Below, piece after piece: positions 26,247 through 36,413 of a stretch of 64,000 nucleotides of DNA. The DNA lies in IMG/VR virus record IMGVR_UViG_3300030390_001258. The stretch is one strand, 5' to 3'. Source of the DNA: an uncultured virus (IMG/VR IMGVR_UViG_3300030390_001258) (lineage: Duplodnaviria > Heunggongvirae > Uroviricota > Caudoviricetes). The position numbers were made by a program, and so were the translations under genes. Under the pieces are notes generated by a model. It worked only from the letters and a program-made list of their open reading frames with translations. It was not told the DNA's origin and made no database searches. How positions within the stretch are numbered: the stretch's first letter is position 1; every line of letters begins with the position of its first letter.

Positions 26247-27165
26247 AGAAAGAGGATTTCACAGCATAGCAGACTCAGTAAATACTTCACTTAGTGAAAT
26301 AAAGAAAGGTATGCTTGGCCAGCGTGTAGTTTACCCCACTAAGTGGACAAGATTAAACAGAAACCTATTAGGTGGTCTGCAACCTGGCAAAATGTATGTC
26401 ATAGCAGGTAGACCTGGTGTAGGTAAAAGCGCATTCAGTAATCAAATGATCTTCGATCTATTAGATCACAACTCAAAGAAAAACTTAATGGTATTGTACT
26501 GGTCTTTCGAGATGCCTGGTCATCAGCAGATATTACGTGCTGGTGCTAAGGATGTCAAGAAAGAGGTAATGGATTTACTATCTGTACAAACTAAGTTAAG
26601 ACAAGACGAGTATGATCTATATAAAGAGAAAGTCACAGCTTATACTGAATATCCTATTTATTTCAATAACGTACCTAAAGACATAACATTTATCAAACGT
26701 ACTAATGCTGAGATAGCAGAGCAGTACCCTGATACTTTAGTTGTAAATGTTTACGACCACTCTAGGTTAATATTGAGTAATGCTGATACAGAATTGCAAA
26801 AACTAAACGAAATATCTAAAGGTTGTATGTGGATGCAAGCTAAGTTTGGTGTTATCAATATACTGTTATCACAACTAAATAGGAATATAGAACAAGAACA
26901 CCGTGCCCGTAATCAGTACCAACCAATGCTAACAGATTTGTTTGGTGGTGACAGTATAGGCCAGGATGCTCATGTTGTTATGATGCTACAGAGACCCTTC
27001 GATCTCTATGGTATTACAGATTTGTACTGCGATGAAGAGCCAGAAGGTTTGCTAGCAGTGCACATAGAGAAGAACAGGGACGGCATGTTAGGTATGATAC
27101 CATACGAGGCTGAACTTAGTACATTTACCATAAACGAAAGAAAAAATGGTAACAAAAGTAAATAG
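26194..27165 (+). CDS. dnaB: DnaB-like (SF4) replicative helicase
   Basis: AGRPGVGKS, SFEM, LSQLNR, DSIGQDAHVV, KNRDG. Confidence 0.92.
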   Translation: MRMTHETKPNHASQDLFKERGFHSIADSVNTSLSEIKKGMLGQRVVYPTKWTRLNRNLLGGLQPGKMYVIAGRPGVGKSAFSNQMIFDLLDHNSKKNLMVLYWSFEMPGHQQILRAGAKDVKKEVMDLLSVQTKLRQDEYDLYKEKVTAYTEYPIYFNNVPKDITFIKRTNAEIAEQYPDTLVVNVYDHSRLILSNADTELQKLNEISKGCMWMQAKFGVINILLSQLNRNIEQEHRARNQYQPMLTDLFGGDSIGQDAHVVMMLQRPFDLYGITDLYCDEEPEGLLAVHIEKNRDGMLGMIPYEAELSTFTINERKNGNKSK

Positions 27166-28000
27166 ACGAGCCCTTGATATTAAGACTAGCGGCAGATCTA
27201 CAGACTTTATTACTCCTTCTTTTGGACATGGATGTTTGTACGATTGTAGTTACTGTTACATGAAACGTAACAAACCTGAAGGATTAACAATAGCTAAGAA
27301 TGTAGGAGATATACTCACAGTAGTAAATAACCACGCATTCTTTACACTTGTTAATAAACCCAATCAAACACACGCAGAGTATACTACGTATGACATCAGT
27401 TGTAACGAAGACTTTGCATTGCACCTTAGACATCACGACTGGGAGAACATCTTTGATTTCTTCAAAGATCACCCTGTTGCTATGGGGTCGTTCGCTACTA
27501 AGTACGTGAACCCTAAGCTGATTGAGTATGACCCAGAAGGTAAAATACGCATACGTTTCAGTTTGATGCCTCAACACATGTCTACGTTACATGAACCGCA
27601 CACATCTAAGATAATTGATAGAATTAAAGCTATCGATGCATTTATAGATGCAGGGTATGACGTTCATGTTAATTTCAGTCCAGTCATTGTGACGGAGACA
27701 TGGTTAGAGGATTACAAGCAGTTGTTTCAAATGTTAGACGACTATGTAGATTACAAAGAGCAAGTTCTTGCAGAGGTTATATTCCTAACCCACAACGAGA
27801 ACAAGCACAAAGCTAATCTTATAGATAAACCGAATGCAGAAGCACAACTGTGGGCACCAGATATACAGGAGGATAAAATCTCACAGTATGGAGGGAGAAA
27901 CATTAGATACGAAAGACACCGTAAACGAGAATACATTAACCAATTTATAAACCTTCATGGTCAGATTATACCATGGAATAAAATCAGATACATATTTTGA
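27146..28000 (+). CDS. splB: Spore photoproduct lyase-like radical SAM enzyme
   Basis: GCLYDCSYCY (CxxxCxxC); YDISCNED aligns by eye to the SplB SCTSD region; also FATK, RIRFSL and NFSPVI. Confidence 0.8.
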   Translation: MVTKVNRRALDIKTSGRSTDFITPSFGHGCLYDCSYCYMKRNKPEGLTIAKNVGDILTVVNNHAFFTLVNKPNQTHAEYTTYDISCNEDFALHLRHHDWENIFDFFKDHPVAMGSFATKYVNPKLIEYDPEGKIRIRFSLMPQHMSTLHEPHTSKIIDRIKAIDAFIDAGYDVHVNFSPVIVTETWLEDYKQLFQMLDDYVDYKEQVLAEVIFLTHNENKHKANLIDKPNAEAQLWAPDIQEDKISQYGGRNIRYERHRKREYINQFINLHGQIIPWNKIRYIF

Positions 28001-28254
28001 AAAAAGGATACTTAGACTACAAGCCTCTTGACGACAAACCATTTGTTTCCAAGGGAAGAGAAACTGAATACTGGAGAGAAAGACATGCTAAGAAATTAGC
28101 AGAGAAAAACAAACCAGGTTTTGTAACTACTGATATATTTGAGCTCGTGTTTGGATTTACATACCCAAAGACATACAAGAGACCATCATCAATGCCAACT
28201 TACAGAGACCCTAAATCATTAGGTTCTAACGGTAAGGCGGCAAAATTTAGATAA
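27997..28254 (+). CDS. Hypothetical protein
   Basis: 85 aa, TTG start overlapping the splB stop. Confidence 0.45.
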   Translation: MKKGYLDYKPLDDKPFVSKGRETEYWRERHAKKLAEKNKPGFVTTDIFELVFGFTYPKTYKRPSSMPTYRDPKSLGSNGKAAKFR

Positions 28255-28445
28255 CATAGCTAGTGGTAATGTCTCAACAATACCAATAAGACCCCAGGCT
28301 GTGTAAATTAGGTAAGAGAATTGAGTGCACTCTTTTAAGATCGTGATTCCAGGTAATACTGCCAAACCACATGACGCCTATTTTATATTAACGAGAGTTT
28401 CCTGTGTGAGTGGAGCATTATTTAAATTACATTTAAATTTTTATC

Positions 28446-28682
28446 ATGGTAATTAACGTACTTATTTTAATCGCCTCTATTGCGTTAGTGTATATAGTAT
28501 TTGCACTAATAATTGGAGAAAAAGAACTGCAAGAACAATATGAAAAACAAAGGGATGCTACGGAATATCCTCTGCGAGAGCAAAAGAAGAGGAAAAAGTA
28601 TAAAAGTCGTCCAAAGGCTACTAAGGTGGAAGCACCGCATAAACGTAAGCCTGGTCGTCCTAAAAAAGAGAATAAGCAATGA
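28446..28682 (+). CDS. Single-TM protein with a basic, AT-hook-like tail (KPGRPKK)
   Basis: Hydrophobic N-terminus and basic C-terminus. Confidence 0.55.
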   Translation: MVINVLILIASIALVYIVFALIIGEKELQEQYEKQRDATEYPLREQKKRKKYKSRPKATKVEAPHKRKPGRPKKENKQ

Positions 28683-29380
28683 GTAAACTACCTACAAAAA
28701 AAGTAAAAGCGAGTAGAAAATCACCAAAAAACATGATTATTTACGGTGCTCCTAAGATAGGTAAGACTACAGTATTAGCTCAGCTAGATGATTGTCTTAT
28801 CATAGACTTAGAAAAAGGCTCTGACATGTTAGATGCATTAAAAGTACAAGCAAATAGTCTAAAAGAACTAGGAGAGATAGGCAAAGAGATATTTCAGCAA
28901 GGGAAACCTTACAAGTATGTCGCAATTGATACTATCAGTAAACTAGAAGAATGGTGTGAAGAAGAAGGTAAACAGATTTACCTGAAGACTCCAATGGGTA
29001 AAAGTTTTGAAACAAAAAACCCAGGTATGTCTATCTTATCATTGCCTAACGGTGCAGGTTACCTGTATCTTAGAATGGCATATAAGAGATGGATGGACAG
29101 ATTAAATACGCTTGCCGATCATGTGATCTTAGTTGGTCACTTGAAAGACAAGATGCTTGAAAAGAAAGGGAAGGAAGTGGCTGTGAAAGACCTCGACCTA
29201 ACCGGTAAGATCAAGCAAATTACATGCGCAAACGCTGACGCAGTAGGCTATATCTATAGAGAAGATGATGTCACTATGATTTCATTTGATTCACTAGACG
29301 ATATAGTAGCCGGCAGTAGATGCGAACACTTAAAAGGCAAGACCATGCCTATGGAATGGTCAAAGATTTTTATTGATTAA
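28679..29380 (+). CDS. AAA_24/Sak4-like ATPase (recombination)
   Basis: YGAPKIGKTT, IIDLEKG, VAIDTIS, ADAVGY. Confidence 0.8.
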   Translation: MSKLPTKKVKASRKSPKNMIIYGAPKIGKTTVLAQLDDCLIIDLEKGSDMLDALKVQANSLKELGEIGKEIFQQGKPYKYVAIDTISKLEEWCEEEGKQIYLKTPMGKSFETKNPGMSILSLPNGAGYLYLRMAYKRWMDRLNTLADHVILVGHLKDKMLEKKGKEVAVKDLDLTGKIKQITCANADAVGYIYREDDVTMISFDSLDDIVAGSRCEHLKGKTMPMEWSKIFID

Positions 29381-29399
29381 CTGTTAAAAATTTAACACA

Positions 29400-29888
29400 A
29401 TGATTGAAACCAATCAACACACAGACACAAGCGTTGAGTCACAACCGACTCCGCAAACCATTACAACAACTATGATCTTAGACGATCTAGACAATGGAGT
29501 TGACCGCAAAGGGATCCAGACTAAGTATAGCTTAGAAGGATGGGAATTGACAGAAATGTTTAAACACCCGGTATTAAAAGGCAAGAAAGCTAAGAAAAAG
29601 CGTAAAATGTCTTTTAACTTTGTAGATGACACTGCTCCTAATCCTAATCAGACTACAGTGGAAGGAGTTATCAAGGAAGTTATGGGGACAGTAAACACTA
29701 TTACAGATGATTTTCATAATCGTGCAGATCTAAGATCTCAAGATGCTATTGAAAATACTGAAGAGTATACTGACGAACAACAAGAGCAAATGAAAGGACA
29801 AGCTTGGGAAGAAGAAATCCAAGGACGTCAAGAAATGGACGCTCAAGATCAATTAAATGAAATTAATAACGAAGAAGAAGAATTTTAA
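29400..29888 (+). CDS. Acidic hypothetical protein
   Basis: 162 aa in the replication operon. Confidence 0.55.
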   Translation: MIETNQHTDTSVESQPTPQTITTTMILDDLDNGVDRKGIQTKYSLEGWELTEMFKHPVLKGKKAKKKRKMSFNFVDDTAPNPNQTTVEGVIKEVMGTVNTITDDFHNRADLRSQDAIENTEEYTDEQQEQMKGQAWEEEIQGRQEMDAQDQLNEINNEEEEF

Positions 29889-29890
29889 TT

Positions 29891-30670
29891 ATGGCAATTA
29901 AATCAAACGCAAGTACGCAAGAAGTAATAGGTTCAGGGATGAAACTATACTCAGGATTAACTAACGTAAACGTTATCGCAGTTAACCCTACAATGGCTGA
30001 ATTACATGCTCTAGACATTAAAGTTAAGAGTGAGCCAAATTATCAAGTATCATTTAGCAACGAAGACTACAACAAAGTAGTTGTGTGGCTAGGTAATGAA
30101 GATACTAAAGTGAAACTAGAAGTATTGGTGCAACCAAAAGCTCGTGTATCACAAAATGGTAAAAACCAATACATCAATGCTATTGGTCAAACTACATGGT
30201 CTGAAGGTAAGCCTTCATTTGACTGGTGGAAAGCCGCTGGTGAGAGACACGCCTTTGTTGGTGAAGAAACTCTTATCAACTTTGTTAAAGCGTGGGCTAA
30301 CGTAGCTAACGGAGACGAAGTAAGCTTTGAGACAGGTAAAAAGATCTCTAACGGTGACGTAGCAGAGATTAAAGCTCTTGTTAATGTACTAAAAGACAAT
30401 CAATTACGTGTATTAGTAGGTGTTAAAGATGACAAGTACCAAACTGTGTATACTAAGCACTTTGGTCGTGTTAAGCCTCAACGTGATGATTTCTTTGTTC
30501 GTAATTTGAATGGTGATTACACATCATTTAATGCAGACTTTAATGCTGACTTGGTATGGGGAACTCACAATCCAACTATTAACTTAGTTACTCCTGACTC
30601 TAAAGAGACGGAAGATTGGACTATGCCAGACAAGCCTGTTAACAGCGAAGACGACAATTCGCCGTTCTAA
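29891..30670 (+). CDS. Putative single-stranded DNA-binding protein
   Basis: Lies between the Sak4-like ATPase and primase; acidic tail ending DDNSPF like SSBs. Confidence 0.6.
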   Translation: MAIKSNASTQEVIGSGMKLYSGLTNVNVIAVNPTMAELHALDIKVKSEPNYQVSFSNEDYNKVVVWLGNEDTKVKLEVLVQPKARVSQNGKNQYINAIGQTTWSEGKPSFDWWKAAGERHAFVGEETLINFVKAWANVANGDEVSFETGKKISNGDVAEIKALVNVLKDNQLRVLVGVKDDKYQTVYTKHFGRVKPQRDDFFVRNLNGDYTSFNADFNADLVWGTHNPTINLVTPDSKETEDWTMPDKPVNSEDDNSPF

Positions 30671-31663
30671 ATGATTGCTGCTAGAAGTAGTGATGATTAC
30701 CTGCATACAGATGTCATACTTAGTAAGATTACTGAGTATGACATTTTCAGGTATTACATCAGAGGGTTTAAAGAGCTTGATAAAAAGTTCTGCAGTGAGT
30801 TGCGTGAAGACAAGACTCCAACCTCTGCTGTGTATGTGTGGAAGAATACCTTATTGTATAAGGATCACGGACACCCAGATCATACCTTTAACTGCTTCAG
30901 ATATATCCAAGCCGCATTCAATTGTGATTGGATTACTGCTCTTCGTATGGTAGACAGTGACTTTAACCTAGGGTTATCGTACATTAAAAACGACGGAGTA
31001 TTTTCTATGGGAGCTCAGGGTGTTACAAGAAAACAACCTGAGCTCGTAGAAAAACTTACGCTTATCCGTAAGAAAGCTCGTAAGTGGAACAGTGAAGATG
31101 CTAAGTTTTGGCGTAAATATTATATAAGTAAGGAAATTTTAGTTAAATTTGGCGTTGAACCTATAGATTATTATTGGGTCAACGAACATAGATTTAGCTG
31201 TAAAACAATCACTTACGCATATAAGTTTGGTCAAAGATTTAAAATCTACGCACCAGAAGAAACAGAGCGCAAATGGACAAGCAATGTTAAAGCAGCAGAT
31301 ATTCAAGGTTGGAACCAGTTGCCTGATAAAGGCACTCTAATTATTCTGACATCTTCGTTAAAAGACATCATGACTCTATATTCGGCAGGGTACTCAGCAA
31401 TTGCAATGCAAAGTGAAATGCAAGTACCGCCAGAGAAACTTATAGAAAGCTTAAAGACAAGGTTCGATCAAGTAGTAGTTCTCTATGACAACGACTACAT
31501 GAAAGAAACAAATCCAGGGCAGATGATGGCAAATAAAATCTGTGATAAGTATGACCTAATAAATGTGTGCATACCAGATACGTATGAATCGAAAGATCCA
31601 TCAGATTTGGTAAAGGCAGCAGATATGTCTATACTAAAGCAGATTATAAATGAACAAAGATGA
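30671..31663 (+). CDS. dnaG: DNA primase (Toprim, crAss-like)
   Basis: N-terminal CSELREDKTP..YKDHG Zn-binding-like region; TSSLKD, LYDND and KDPSD Toprim motifs. Confidence 0.8.
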   Translation: MIAARSSDDYLHTDVILSKITEYDIFRYYIRGFKELDKKFCSELREDKTPTSAVYVWKNTLLYKDHGHPDHTFNCFRYIQAAFNCDWITALRMVDSDFNLGLSYIKNDGVFSMGAQGVTRKQPELVEKLTLIRKKARKWNSEDAKFWRKYYISKEILVKFGVEPIDYYWVNEHRFSCKTITYAYKFGQRFKIYAPEETERKWTSNVKAADIQGWNQLPDKGTLIILTSSLKDIMTLYSAGYSAIAMQSEMQVPPEKLIESLKTRFDQVVVLYDNDYMKETNPGQMMANKICDKYDLINVCIPDTYESKDPSDLVKAADMSILKQIINEQR

Positions 31664-32780
31664 GATAATTAATTTTTTACAAGAGCGTACAGGTTATTTG
31701 AAGAAAGGAACAGCCTGGTTAGCAGAAAAATTCGATGTATCAGAAGACATCGCACATCAAGCACGTCGAGAAGCACTAGGCATTAACTCTAATGACAATG
31801 TGCACAGCCCAAATTTTAAAGAGCACTTAGATTCAAATGGCTTGACTATGGGGGATGTAAAATCCGTCAAATTTTGGCAAGCATCTAATGGAGATCAGAG
31901 ATACTCAGTTGTAACTCAAAATCAATGGCATCAGTTTGGAAATATGAAACAAGAATTCATAGATCTAATTAAAGCAGATGTCCCTAAGTTTGAGCCGATT
32001 AAATATGATAAACGGCTCAAGGACCCAGTAATGTTAGAAATATCTTTACCAGATATACATTACGGCAAGGTAACAGGTGAGGGCCCAGAGAAGTTAGAAG
32101 ACGACTACATGCAAGTTTTACATGATCTTATATCTAAGACTGCAGGTTTAAATGTGGAGCGTATTTTACTTCCAATTGGAAACGACGGTATGAATTCAGA
32201 GGGATTACGTAAGAGCACTACAGCAGGTACGCCGCAAGATGATTACATGGGATGGCGAGAGTCTTTCCGTGGTTATTGGCAACTGATGGAGAAAGCAATT
32301 ACATATCTTTCACAATTTGCACCTATTGATGTGATTATAGTGCAAGGTAACCACGACTATGAACGTATGTTCTATGTTGGGGATTTACTAGAAGCTAGAT
32401 TTTTTAACAATCCTAATATTACAGTTGATAATAGTTTAGAAGAGCGTAAGTACTACCAGTACGGAACAAACATGATACTACACTTTCATGGTGATAAGGT
32501 TAAAGGAGACAAAATTCCTTTACTTATGGCTACGGAGCAACCTATCATGTGGAGCGAGACTACATTCCGAGAAGCACATTTAGGCCATTTCCACAAAGAA
32601 ATGCTTAATGAGTTTATGGGAACTAAAGTCCGGTTCATTCCATCTATATGCGGAAGCGATGAATGGCATAAGAATAAAGCTTATGTCGGCACCAAACGGG
32701 TGGGGCAAGTTCACATATGGAGTAAAGACAGAGGGTACGAAGGTAATTTACAAACTAATATCGTTGCAAATGGGCTATAA
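31650..32780 (+). CDS. Calcineurin-like metallophosphoesterase
   Basis: DIH, GND, GNHD, HGD and GHFH motifs. Confidence 0.85.
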   Translation: MNKDEIINFLQERTGYLKKGTAWLAEKFDVSEDIAHQARREALGINSNDNVHSPNFKEHLDSNGLTMGDVKSVKFWQASNGDQRYSVVTQNQWHQFGNMKQEFIDLIKADVPKFEPIKYDKRLKDPVMLEISLPDIHYGKVTGEGPEKLEDDYMQVLHDLISKTAGLNVERILLPIGNDGMNSEGLRKSTTAGTPQDDYMGWRESFRGYWQLMEKAITYLSQFAPIDVIIVQGNHDYERMFYVGDLLEARFFNNPNITVDNSLEERKYYQYGTNMILHFHGDKVKGDKIPLLMATEQPIMWSETTFREAHLGHFHKEMLNEFMGTKVRFIPSICGSDEWHKNKAYVGTKRVGQVHIWSKDRGYEGNLQTNIVANGL

Positions 32781-33201
32781 GAAGAAAGGTAAAGTTAAAG
32801 TAAGCGCCAAGAAAAATGTATACAAAGGAATTCAATTTCAATCTCTTTTAGAAAAGCATATGTATAAGATGCTTGATGATGATGGGATTAAAGTTGATTA
32901 CGAGAAGCATACATTCACTGTGTTCGACGGGATGGTATATCCACAAGCATGTTATGAAGGAACAAAAGCTAAGTTGTGTAATAAAGGTAGTAAAATACGA
33001 CCTATTACATACACTCCTGATTTTGTAGATCCTAACGGTAAGTGGATAATCGAGACAAAAGGATACGCTAACGAGTCATTCCCTTTGAGATGGAAGTTGT
33101 TTAAAAAACATCTGAAAGAGAATAACCTTACGTACGTTCTATTTATGCCTAGAAATAGGCAACAATGTATAGAAGTTTTAGAATTAGTACAACAATTATG
33201 A
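32770..33201 (+). CDS. PD-(D/E)xK endonuclease (T7 endonuclease I/DUF1064-like, possible resolvase)
   Basis: FQSLLE...YTPDF...IIETKG; ATG at 32770 (MGYKKKG) is the probable start. Confidence 0.75.
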   Translation: MGYKKKGKVKVSAKKNVYKGIQFQSLLEKHMYKMLDDDGIKVDYEKHTFTVFDGMVYPQACYEGTKAKLCNKGSKIRPITYTPDFVDPNGKWIIETKGYANESFPLRWKLFKKHLKENNLTYVLFMPRNRQQCIEVLELVQQL

Positions 33202-33551
33202 CAAAAAGAGAAAGAATAGATAATCTCCAACAAGGAGATATTATAGCCGTTGTTCAACACAACGGCTTTTCTTTTGCCATATTTTGGGGATGGGACGGTA
33301 ATGGGTATACAACAGAAGAAGGAATTGACCGTAAAGCTTGGTATTATACAATACCTGAGTGGGAGATAATGACAGATTCTGCGCAGAAAGAGCATTTAGA
33401 TAAGATTAAAGCAGGTAAAGTTAAATATTTTCCTGGTAATCTATGTTGGACACTTAATTATGCTGAACGAAAAGTTTTACCTATACCAGAAACCTATCTA
33501 ACAAAATATCAACAAGAGTATGTTAATTTATTAAATAACAAATTAAGATGA
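33198..33551 (+). CDS. Hypothetical protein
   Basis: ORF 33165-33551; probable start MTKRER overlapping the upstream stop. Confidence 0.5.
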   Translation: MTKRERIDNLQQGDIIAVVQHNGFSFAIFWGWDGNGYTTEEGIDRKAWYYTIPEWEIMTDSAQKEHLDKIKAGKVKYFPGNLCWTLNYAERKVLPIPETYLTKYQQEYVNLLNNKLR

Positions 33552-36355
33552 GTATAAAAACTATTGACACACAGATTAAAGGCTCTAAAGGGATCGAGAA
33601 AAAGATCAACGAGGGAGCAAAAAGAATGGTCTTTGACATTCTGCAATCAACGCAGTATTCTATGCCAATTTCGAGTACCATCCGTGAGCTCACAACTAAC
33701 GCTTGTGATTCACAGAGAGAGAAAGAGATAGCATTAGAAATACTAAGTGGAGAAAAGAAAGCAGAAGACTATTACATTACGCGCTCAGGCGCACAGTACG
33801 AAGACAGTAACTTTAATGCAGAGTACTACAATGTTTTACACTTAGACAAGCATAAGAATCAGATAGATCTGACTTATACTGAAGTAGAAGGTGTAGGCTA
33901 TTGTGATACATTTGCAATAATGGACTACGGCGTAGGTATTGGTGCACGCAGACTAGAAGGTGTCCTAGAATTAGGCTATTCTACTAAGCGTAACACATCA
34001 GAGAACTTTGGTGCGTTTGGCTTAGGTGCTAAAGCAGCATTGTCTACAGGCGTTGATTTCTATACTATAGAAACTGTCTACAACGGAATGAGATTTAAAT
34101 GTAATTGCTACAATTACAAGACTGATTTCATTATACCAGCTTTTAATATAGAAGCAGGTAAACAAAACCCATTTGTTACATTCTCAGATGGTACTAAAGT
34201 ATATTATGAAGAATCGGACTCTAAGAATTACACGGAAGTAAGCTTCAGAACCAAGAAACATAATAGACGTAAGTACAGGGAAGCTGTGGAAGAGCAACTA
34301 AATTACTTGAACAACGTTAACTTTACAATTGTAAGCGAAAGCGGCTATACAAATGAAGTTAACTTTAAGAACGATGTAATTTACAGCTCAGAGCATCTTA
34401 TTATTAGTGATGGCTATACGTATTCTAAACCGCATATACTTGTGGTAAAGAATCCACAAGCTGAAACTGGTATTAACTATGGTCACATAGATTTCCGAGA
34501 ATTAGAAATGGAGCAACTGTATGGCGCTATTGCATTTAAATGTCCTATGAGACAGGTTGTAGTAGATGACAATGGCGTAGAAACAGTTATACAAGAAGGT
34601 GTTGACGTAACTCCGTCGCGTGAGAAGGTAATATGGAACGAAGCTACTAAAGAGTATGTTCAGGGCATTATCAAGAAAGCTGCGATAGAGGCTACTAATG
34701 TAGTTCAAGATGAGCTAAACACTACAGATTTCATTGATTGGATCTCTAAGACTCGTGCTCTTGTTAGCGGTGCTCGTAGTGAAAATCGTGTTCTAAACAA
34801 ATTATCTAACATTATAGATAAAGACATGATTAGCCCTACATTCCCTGGTGAGAAACGTATACGGTACGCAGTCCCTACTAAGTTATTTGAAGGATTTAAG
34901 ATTACTAAGCTTCTATATGAAGTTGAGGGAGGTAAATTTAAATCTATAAGAGATGACAAGTTAATAGTGTGGGGTGGTATAGATCCTATGCATTTCTACT
35001 TTAAGGATACTGCACCTTTCAACAGATTGACAGATGCATACCTTATTAAAGGTGGGGAAGAAGAATGCCGCCCTTCAGTTCTTAGTCTAGAAGACTTAGA
35101 TGCTAAGTTTGATGCTAAAATTGCTATAGCTCAAGGAGAAGGTAAGCTTGCACTAATTAAAGAGAAAAGTAGAGTTTCGCGTAAACGTGCAGCTGTACTT
35201 AAGCACTTTAAAGAGTCTGAATTCTATCACTCTTATGATGATGTAGTAGTACCTGAAGACTGGACTACGGAGTTCACTACAGAAGAAGATCAAGCTATGG
35301 AAGTATCCAAGTTTGATAACATTTCTCCTGCAGAGCGCCGTGAGATAGAAAAGCGTATGGTTGCTTATTCTCTTAGATTTGATACAAAACGTAATGATAA
35401 TAAACAGTACACCCTTGACAAGATAGAGCCAAAGGCCAAAGATCTTATGAAAAGCGAGTCTCGTATTTATTATTGCACTAAAGCAGATGAAGATCTAATG
35501 CATATAGCAGCTCAAATCTTACATGTGCAAGCTCCTAGCTTTAAAGAGGTTTACCCTGATAACCAATGGTCTAGTTGGGATAGCTGTCAAAAGCAGCCAA
35601 TCTTTTATTATGAAGAGCCAGCTGTTTCTCTTAGAATAACATATGGAGACAACAAAGGTAAATTTCATGACTGGACTGCTAAAGCAGTTAAGAAATGGGA
35701 TACGCCGCAGTTGATCAGGGTAAGCGAAAATAAAGTTAAATACATCAAGAAGAATCCAAATTGTAAACACATTAGTGAGTTCTTCTTACAAGTAAATGAT
35801 AAAGGAGGATACACAATGGATGACTCAATGATTACATGGTTTACAGCTACTAAAGTAACTGAAATACAAGATCTTAAGTTCTTATCAAGCTTTAAAAGGA
35901 TTAATCCTGGGCTTCACAAGATCTACAAGAAAGTTATTAAAGCTAGAGAAAGCTCATTTGAATACTACAGACACAGAAATCTAGACGAAACTGATGTGTT
36001 TAAGCAAGCTGAAAAGCTTATGGAGTTTCAATTGTATTGTAAACAAGTAGAAAGCGAAGCTAACTCAGCTGAGCTAATTAGTAACAAAAGTAAGGAATTG
36101 TTTGTTCTATCTGATATAGGAGAATGTGTAGGCGTTAACATGGAAATACTAAATATGTATAATAACATAATAGAATTTTCAGAAGATGTTAAACATTTAC
36201 TTTCTGCTATAGCAGGTATAAACGAAGATAAATCTATGACTCTAGACTTAGAGAAAGAGATAATTTCTTACTTAGAATGTAAAGGGAAAGACAAGTGGGA
36301 CGTCAGCGACGTTTTGCCAGAAACCCCTGAATTAGAAGAAGATAGCGCACAATAG
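33548..36355 (+). CDS. rIIA: rIIA-like protein with an N-terminal GHKL/HATPase domain
   Basis: IRELTTNACDS, DYGVG, YSTKR, GAFGLGAK and VTPSRE match T4 rIIA-like motifs. Confidence 0.8.
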   Translation: MSIKTIDTQIKGSKGIEKKINEGAKRMVFDILQSTQYSMPISSTIRELTTNACDSQREKEIALEILSGEKKAEDYYITRSGAQYEDSNFNAEYYNVLHLDKHKNQIDLTYTEVEGVGYCDTFAIMDYGVGIGARRLEGVLELGYSTKRNTSENFGAFGLGAKAALSTGVDFYTIETVYNGMRFKCNCYNYKTDFIIPAFNIEAGKQNPFVTFSDGTKVYYEESDSKNYTEVSFRTKKHNRRKYREAVEEQLNYLNNVNFTIVSESGYTNEVNFKNDVIYSSEHLIISDGYTYSKPHILVVKNPQAETGINYGHIDFRELEMEQLYGAIAFKCPMRQVVVDDNGVETVIQEGVDVTPSREKVIWNEATKEYVQGIIKKAAIEATNVVQDELNTTDFIDWISKTRALVSGARSENRVLNKLSNIIDKDMISPTFPGEKRIRYAVPTKLFEGFKITKLLYEVEGGKFKSIRDDKLIVWGGIDPMHFYFKDTAPFNRLTDAYLIKGGEEECRPSVLSLEDLDAKFDAKIAIAQGEGKLALIKEKSRVSRKRAAVLKHFKESEFYHSYDDVVVPEDWTTEFTTEEDQAMEVSKFDNISPAERREIEKRMVAYSLRFDTKRNDNKQYTLDKIEPKAKDLMKSESRIYYCTKADEDLMHIAAQILHVQAPSFKEVYPDNQWSSWDSCQKQPIFYYEEPAVSLRITYGDNKGKFHDWTAKAVKKWDTPQLIRVSENKVKYIKKNPNCKHISEFFLQVNDKGGYTMDDSMITWFTATKVTEIQDLKFLSSFKRINPGLHKIYKKVIKARESSFEYYRHRNLDETDVFKQAEKLMEFQLYCKQVESEANSAELISNKSKELFVLSDIGECVGVNMEILNMYNNIIEFSEDVKHLLSAIAGINEDKSMTLDLEKEIISYLECKGKDKWDVSDVLPETPELEEDSAQ

Positions 36356-36413
36356 TTGCGCATCTTCTTAAAATTTCGTAATTTAGTAACTCAATTTAAT
36401 AAACAGAAAACAG

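Noticed and set aside
28360..28385. Fluoride riboswitch-like ATGACGCCTA
   Set aside because: The required 5' GGxGATG pairing partner is absent
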